DNA from: an uncultured Chloroflexia bacterium
GTDB taxonomy: Bacteria; Chloroflexota; Limnocylindria; Limnocylindrales; CSP1-4
NCBI GenBank assembly: GCA_963754485.1
Contig: CAVWFY010000006.1
Coordinates: 83,205 to 147,204 of the forward strand
Reading direction: 5' to 3'
DNA: 64,000 nt
The notes beneath the pieces are model-generated. The model was not told where the DNA came from. It ran no database searches and was given only the letters and a program-made list of their open reading frames with translations. Shown in pieces: positions 59,425 to 64,000 of the stretch; within the stretch, counting starts at the first letter, position 1, and each line of letters begins with the position of its first letter. Position numbers and translations under genes: made by a program.

Positions 59425-59653
59425 CGGTTCACGCTAAGGTGGGCGTCATGAAGCCGCCGCAGTCGGGCACCGGAGGGCTTGCCGACGCCGGGAACGCCGC
59501 CCATTCGATCTCGCGCCTGGATCGGCGAGCTCGGGCGCTGCGACATCGTCAGCGGGCCGGCGCTAATCACGTTCGATCGAGACGATCGTCTCGGCGACGC
59601 GTGGCCGGCATGAGGGCCTAGCGATCCAGCCCGGCGGACGGTGGTCCCCTGCG

Positions 59654-60544
59654 ATGCCAGGCTCGGTGCCGCCGTGGCTCACGACCCTGTTCGGGGTCCA
59701 GCTGCGAGACGCGGTCCCGCTGCCGTGGGGGTTCCACAACGAGACGTGGCGGGTTCGACTCGTGGACGGGCGAACTCTCGCCATCACCCGGCTTGCGGAT
59801 GACGGCACGCCGCGGCATGCCGCAACGGTGCTCGCCGGCGTCGGCCATCGCCTCTCCGAGGCCGGCCTTCCGGTGCCGGCCCTCGTTGGACCCTGGACCT
59901 TCGAGTCGGATCGCGTGCTGGTGGCCGAGTTCATCGAGGGCACGGTTGCGGCGGACCTGCTCTCGGAGCCGTCCGGACCGCGGCTTGTGGGCAGGATCGC
60001 CGGGTCCGTCATCCGGACCCTGGCTGCGGTCGATCCGGCGGGGCTGGGAATCACCACCGCGTGGGCCGACGCGGACCAGCTCGCCGAAGCGGCAGCCCGG
60101 TGGTCCCGGGTCATCTCGGCCGACTTGTCGATCGCCGATCGCCGCCGCCTCGAGGCAGCCGTCGGATCGGTGGCCACGCTCCTGGCGGGCCGGTCACCGG
60201 TGCTTGTCCACGGGGACCTGGCCCCGGTGAACATGCTGGTACGCGACGGGCGCCTGGCGGGTCTCCTCGACCTCGAGGCGGTGCGACTCGCGGATGCGCT
60301 CTTCGACGCCGCGTGGTTCGACTGGCTGATGAGGTTCCACCACCCGGCCCAGCGAAGTGACGCCTGGCTCGGCCTGGTCGAGTCCGCCGGGCTCGACCTC
60401 GACGAGCCCGGCTCGGCCGAGCTGCGCCACGTCCTCCCGACGCTCAGGATCCTCGAGGACCTGGCAGTCCCGGCGGGGTACCGCGAGCGGCAGCGGCAGC
60501 GCTTCACCTACCTCCGCGCGAGCCTGGACCCCCTGCCTGGCTGA
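59654..60544 (+). CDS. Aminoglycoside phosphotransferase (APH)-like kinase
   Basis: HGDLAPVNML, LLDLE, D.LFD. Confidence 0.8.
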   Translation: MPGSVPPWLTTLFGVQLRDAVPLPWGFHNETWRVRLVDGRTLAITRLADDGTPRHAATVLAGVGHRLSEAGLPVPALVGPWTFESDRVLVAEFIEGTVAADLLSEPSGPRLVGRIAGSVIRTLAAVDPAGLGITTAWADADQLAEAAARWSRVISADLSIADRRRLEAAVGSVATLLAGRSPVLVHGDLAPVNMLVRDGRLAGLLDLEAVRLADALFDAAWFDWLMRFHHPAQRSDAWLGLVESAGLDLDEPGSAELRHVLPTLRILEDLAVPAGYRERQRQRFTYLRASLDPLPG

Positions 60545-61388
60545 ACGGCGCGGGAGCGCCGCCGACGTCTGCGAAGACGATCTGCTCCCCGCGGTCCCGT
60601 GTCTCGGCGACCGCGCGTCCCGACGGGTCGACGACGAAGCTCGGCCCCACGAAGTCGAGGCACGGGTGGGGGCGGCCGGCCTGGTTCACGAAGAGCGCCC
60701 AGAACCGGCCCTCCCGGGCGAGATCGGGGATCGTCTCGTAGAAGTCGTCGCGCATCTGGTCGTGCGTCTTCCAGCGCAGTTGCCCGGAACGCCGGAGCCG
60801 GACACCGATCTCCTCCATCGAGCCGTACTCGATCACTGTGCCGTCCTCGTCGAGCGCGTCCGCGTCCCAGGCGTGGGGCATGAGGACGATCTCGGCGCCG
60901 CCGCGAGCGTAGTGGCGAAGCAGCTCGGGGTGCCGGTTGTCCCAGCAGGTTGAGACGGCCATCGGGCGGCCGAGCGCACGAAACACCGGCCGGGCGGTGT
61001 CCCCCTGCCAGAACGGAACCTCGAGCCTGGGGATGTGGTTCTTACGGTAGACGCCCGCGAGCGCCCCATCCGGCTCTACCACGACATAGGTGTTGAACGG
61101 CAGCCCGTCTGCCCTCTCGGTGAAGCCGAAACCGATGGCCAGTCCGAGACTGCGGGCGAGCCTGCGGACGAAGGCGACCGACGGACCGTCGAGGGTCTCC
61201 GTGACCGAGGCCAGCCGCTCGTCCTTGCAGATCCCCGAGACGCAGAGCTCGGGGAAGACGACCAAGTCGGCGCCGCCTGCCTTCGCCTGCTCCGCCCTGC
61301 CGGCCATGCGCTCGAGGTTTCCCTGGGTGTCGGCCCAGGGGCATTCGACCTGTGCCAGGGCCACCCGGATGGGCGTGGCGGAACTCAA
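60504..61388 (-). CDS. Carbon-nitrogen hydrolase (nitrilase family)
   Basis: VALAQ, FPEL, YRKNH, TCWD catalytic triad; TTG start overlaps the upstream stop. Confidence 0.88.
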   Translation of the reverse strand: MSSATPIRVALAQVECPWADTQGNLERMAGRAEQAKAGGADLVVFPELCVSGICKDERLASVTETLDGPSVAFVRRLARSLGLAIGFGFTERADGLPFNTYVVVEPDGALAGVYRKNHIPRLEVPFWQGDTARPVFRALGRPMAVSTCWDNRHPELLRHYARGGAEIVLMPHAWDADALDEDGTVIEYGSMEEIGVRLRRSGQLRWKTHDQMRDDFYETIPDLAREGRFWALFVNQAGRPHPCLDFVGPSFVVDPSGRAVAETRDRGEQIVFADVGGAPAPFSQAGGPGSRGGR

Positions 61389-62521
61389 GACACCCAGCGC
61401 ATGTTGGCCGCGTACTCGTTCGAGATGGCGCGCATCTCCCAGTACAGCGCGGTCACGTCCTCGTCGGTCCAGCATTCGTCCAGGATGCAGACCGGGATGC
61501 CGATCACGTCCGGCGCCAGCATCTCCATGGACGATCGGAACGACGAGAGCATCGCCTCCGGCGTCAGCTCGTTGTCCAGCACGATGTGGACCACACCCCA
61601 CCCGGCGAGGATCTCCCGCAGGGCCGGGAAGTCCTTGTGCGAGTACTTGTAGGCAACATGGAGGCCCTTGAGCCTCGGGTCGTGGTCCAGGTAGATGTTC
61701 CGTGACGGGTGCGGGCCGCAGTTGTGCAGGACGCCGCTACCCCAGGGCCGGAGGAGTCGGCTGTTGTACGGGAGGCCGAACTCCCGGAAGAGATCCGGGC
61801 CGATGGTCGCGCACACGTCGTCCCCGACGAAGCCCCTGTACGGCTCGGGTGCCCACTCGGTGTTGAAGTCGACGCACGTCATGCGCTCGATGCCACCCGC
61901 CGCCTCCACGACGGCGCGGTACACGTCGAGCTGCACATCGGTCACCAGGTCGAGCAGGTGGTGCATCGCCTCGGGGTGGTCGTAGAAGGCGGTGTACAGG
62001 AGGTTCGTCTCGACCAGGTCCTTGCAGTTGTTGAGGGGTCCGCCGGCATCGATCCCCGTCAGGGATACGTCGGGCGAGAGGGCCGCGGCATGCTGGCGCA
62101 GGCGGCGCAGGTTCTCCGGCAGCAGGCCGGCGTCCAGGCCCGGGCGTCGGAGGCGGAAGACATCCTCAATCTCGTGGACCAGGGGAGCTCGGACGCCCGG
62201 CGCCTGCGCGGGATCATCGCTCCAGTGAACGTCCGCCCCGAACATCGTCGCGACGGTCATGTACCCGGACCAGACGCGCGCCCAGGGGATGTAGTCGTCG
62301 GGGAGCACCCGCAGGCTGCGCTCGATCGTGCGGGTGTTGACCTCGAGCTGGACGTCCCCGTCCTCGGTCATCTCACGCGGCGTGTAGCCGAACGTCCAGT
62401 TTGGCCAGAAGGCGACGGGGATATGGTCGACCCGCCGGTATCCCCAGAGATCCCTGCGGAACTGCTTGCGCCGTTCCACCTCGCGGTGGTCGATCCGGAG
62501 CGCTGGAAGACGGCCCGCCAT
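61385..62521 (-). CDS. Uroporphyrinogen decarboxylase/MtaA-like TIM-barrel protein
   Basis: ATMFG, GGPL, Y.HPE..H.LL, GDD...IGP..F.EF..PY, LHNCG. Confidence 0.7.
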   Translation of the reverse strand: MAGRLPALRIDHREVERRKQFRRDLWGYRRVDHIPVAFWPNWTFGYTPREMTEDGDVQLEVNTRTIERSLRVLPDDYIPWARVWSGYMTVATMFGADVHWSDDPAQAPGVRAPLVHEIEDVFRLRRPGLDAGLLPENLRRLRQHAAALSPDVSLTGIDAGGPLNNCKDLVETNLLYTAFYDHPEAMHHLLDLVTDVQLDVYRAVVEAAGGIERMTCVDFNTEWAPEPYRGFVGDDVCATIGPDLFREFGLPYNSRLLRPWGSGVLHNCGPHPSRNIYLDHDPRLKGLHVAYKYSHKDFPALREILAGWGVVHIVLDNELTPEAMLSSFRSSMEMLAPDVIGIPVCILDECWTDEDVTALYWEMRAISNEYAANMRWVS

Positions 62522-62523
62522 GC

Positions 62524-63867
62524 CTACCGGCCGCCCATGCCGCAGGCCCGTGCGTAGGCGTCGACGACGGCCCCAATTCCCGCACCGATGAGCGCACGCG
62601 GATCGTTCGGCAGGGTGCCCTCGCGAACTGCCTGATACTGGATCGGCAGGTACTGGCTCAACAGGGTCAGTGGGATCGGATGGGCCGAGAGGTTGTCGAC
62701 GAGGCGCTCGACGGATGCCCGCAGCTCGGCCTGCGGCCAGTAATAGCGCGAGCGGTCGCTGAAGCTGAAGTCTCGGGCGAAGCGGAGCTCGTCTTCATCG
62801 CCGTGGAAGTAGGCCTGCCAGTGCTCCGGGTGCTCCTGCATCACCCGCTGGAGCGTCTCCCGAAGCCTTGAGGGGACCACGCCGCGACGGTGCACCAGCC
62901 ACTCGCGCTCGATCGCCTCGAGCGCGAACAGCGTCTCGCGGAGCGCGAAGGTGAGGCCGGGGCCGACCTTGAGGACCGCGAAGTGGTCACGGACCATCCG
63001 TTCCAGCGCGTCCTCCGTCTGGTAGTCCGTGGAGTGAGCCTCGTAGATGAAGGGTGCCCGGTCCGGCGTTCGGGACGCGAGTGCGGCGGCGGCACGGTCG
63101 TCGTACTCGAAGACCACCGCGTCCCCGAACTCCACGCCGGGCTGCGTGACGAGCGCCAGGACGCGCTCGAGGGCGTCTCCGACGCCGTGCCTCGTGAACG
63201 CACGACGCGTCTCGTCCAGCGTCCGCTCGACGGCCTCGACGCTTGTCACGGCCGGGGCGGCCGAGTCGGCCAGCTCACCGCCCGGGATGGGGACCTCGCT
63301 GCCCACGACATAGACCGGGCGCGGGGCGTCCGCGGGCAGGAGCGCCGCCGCCTCTTCCGCGACGGAGCACAGGTCGGCGGCGCGCTCGGCGACCGTCGCC
63401 TCGTCGAGTGGCCGATCAGCCGGATCGTCGGCGAGCCGCATGCTGGCGTCGAGGTGGATCTTCGTGAAGCCGGCCAGGACGTAGTCACGCACGAGGTCGC
63501 GCGCCAGGCCCATCGCGGCGTCGCTCCCCTGTGACCTCCAGACGTGCGGCCCGATGTGATCGCCACCCAGCACGATCCGGGTGATGGGCAGGCCGACCTC
63601 GTCCGCGATCGAGTGGACGAAGGAGCGGAAGTCCGGCGGCGTCATCCCGGTGTACCCGCCGAACTGGTTGACCTGGTTGCTCGTGGCCTCGACCAGGACG
63701 ATGACGCCGTCCCGCCGGGCCTGGATCAGCGCAGCCCGGAGGACGGACCGGTCCGCCGAGCAGACCGAGTAGATGCCGACCGGTTCGCCGGCCCGGTTCG
63801 CGCGGGCGAGATCCAGCAGCCGCGACGTCGCGTCCCAGCCGTCGGCCCCCTCGGTCCACCAGGTCAT
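62524..63867 (-). CDS. gatZ: GatZ/KbaZ-family tagatose-phosphate enzyme
   Basis: YSVCSA, EATSNQVNQFGGYTGM, GGDH.GP, KIHLDAS, EVPIPGG, EAHSTDYQ, LKVGP, SDRSRYYW. Confidence 0.92.
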   Translation of the reverse strand: MTWWTEGADGWDATSRLLDLARANRAGEPVGIYSVCSADRSVLRAALIQARRDGVIVLVEATSNQVNQFGGYTGMTPPDFRSFVHSIADEVGLPITRIVLGGDHIGPHVWRSQGSDAAMGLARDLVRDYVLAGFTKIHLDASMRLADDPADRPLDEATVAERAADLCSVAEEAAALLPADAPRPVYVVGSEVPIPGGELADSAAPAVTSVEAVERTLDETRRAFTRHGVGDALERVLALVTQPGVEFGDAVVFEYDDRAAAALASRTPDRAPFIYEAHSTDYQTEDALERMVRDHFAVLKVGPGLTFALRETLFALEAIEREWLVHRRGVVPSRLRETLQRVMQEHPEHWQAYFHGDEDELRFARDFSFSDRSRYYWPQAELRASVERLVDNLSAHPIPLTLLSQYLPIQYQAVREGTLPNDPRALIGAGIGAVVDAYARACGMGGR

Positions 63868-64000
63868 TGCAGGTAACCCTCCAGCGCCGCCAGGGCCTCA
63901 TCCATCGTCGGTTGCCCGTCGATGCCGCCGAGCTGCCGGGTCGAGATCGCGCCGGAGGCGGCACCCCAGCGAAGGCACTCGCGAAGGTCGGCGCCGTCCA
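63864..64000 (-). CDS. 3' end of a probable PfkB-family carbohydrate kinase (runs off the window)
   Basis: Hand translation ...LRECLRWGAASGAISTRQLGGIDGQPTMDEA...*; ATGA overlap with gatZ. Confidence 0.65.
   Translation of the reverse strand, partial: DGADLRECLRWGAASGAISTRQLGGIDGQPTMDEALAALEGYLQ

Noticed and set aside
59654-60544. APH-like gene as an antibiotic resistance determinant
   Set aside because: Only generic kinase motifs are visible; the substrate cannot be assigned.
1-64000. Hundreds of long Arg/Pro/Gly-rich alternative-frame and antisense ORFs in the track
   Set aside because: Expected shadow ORFs in very GC-rich DNA; they overlap genes with recognisable motifs and have none themselves.

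Overview
A very GC-rich (roughly 70%+, by eye) bacterial chromosomal segment of about 60 genes. The gene repertoire and style suggest Chloroflexota, possibly Limnocylindria (inference only). Many genes are broken by single-base indels, probably long-read consensus errors. Housekeeping content: galU, PASTA kinase, folC-folP-folB, HtrA with a two-component system, rplY, malic enzyme, LigC and Prim-Pol, a DUF433/PIN toxin-antitoxin pair, YciI with an ECF42-type sigma, and an MgtE-N/NRAMP-like pair. Catabolic content: a SorC-aldolase-HAD-DhaLK operon, a beta-1,2-glucan-type locus with two apparent deletion junctions, and a PfkB-GatZ-UroD-like-nitrilase operon. Two regulatory signals stand out. (1) A 7 kb island of small stress-type genes (43.7-50.6 kb) carries six copies of a GTCATGAC-N5-GTCATGAC-like operator, five of them at a fixed 17 bp spacing from a NANNNT -10 box. 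(2) An HTH plus helical-sensor regulator and two paralogous uncharacterised membrane proteins 37 kb apart share an identical 13 bp upstream motif; the second copy is paired with a fasciclin gene and flanked by 18 bp direct repeats. Leaderless gene starts appear to be common. No rRNA, tRNA, CRISPR array, integrase or transposase was recognised.
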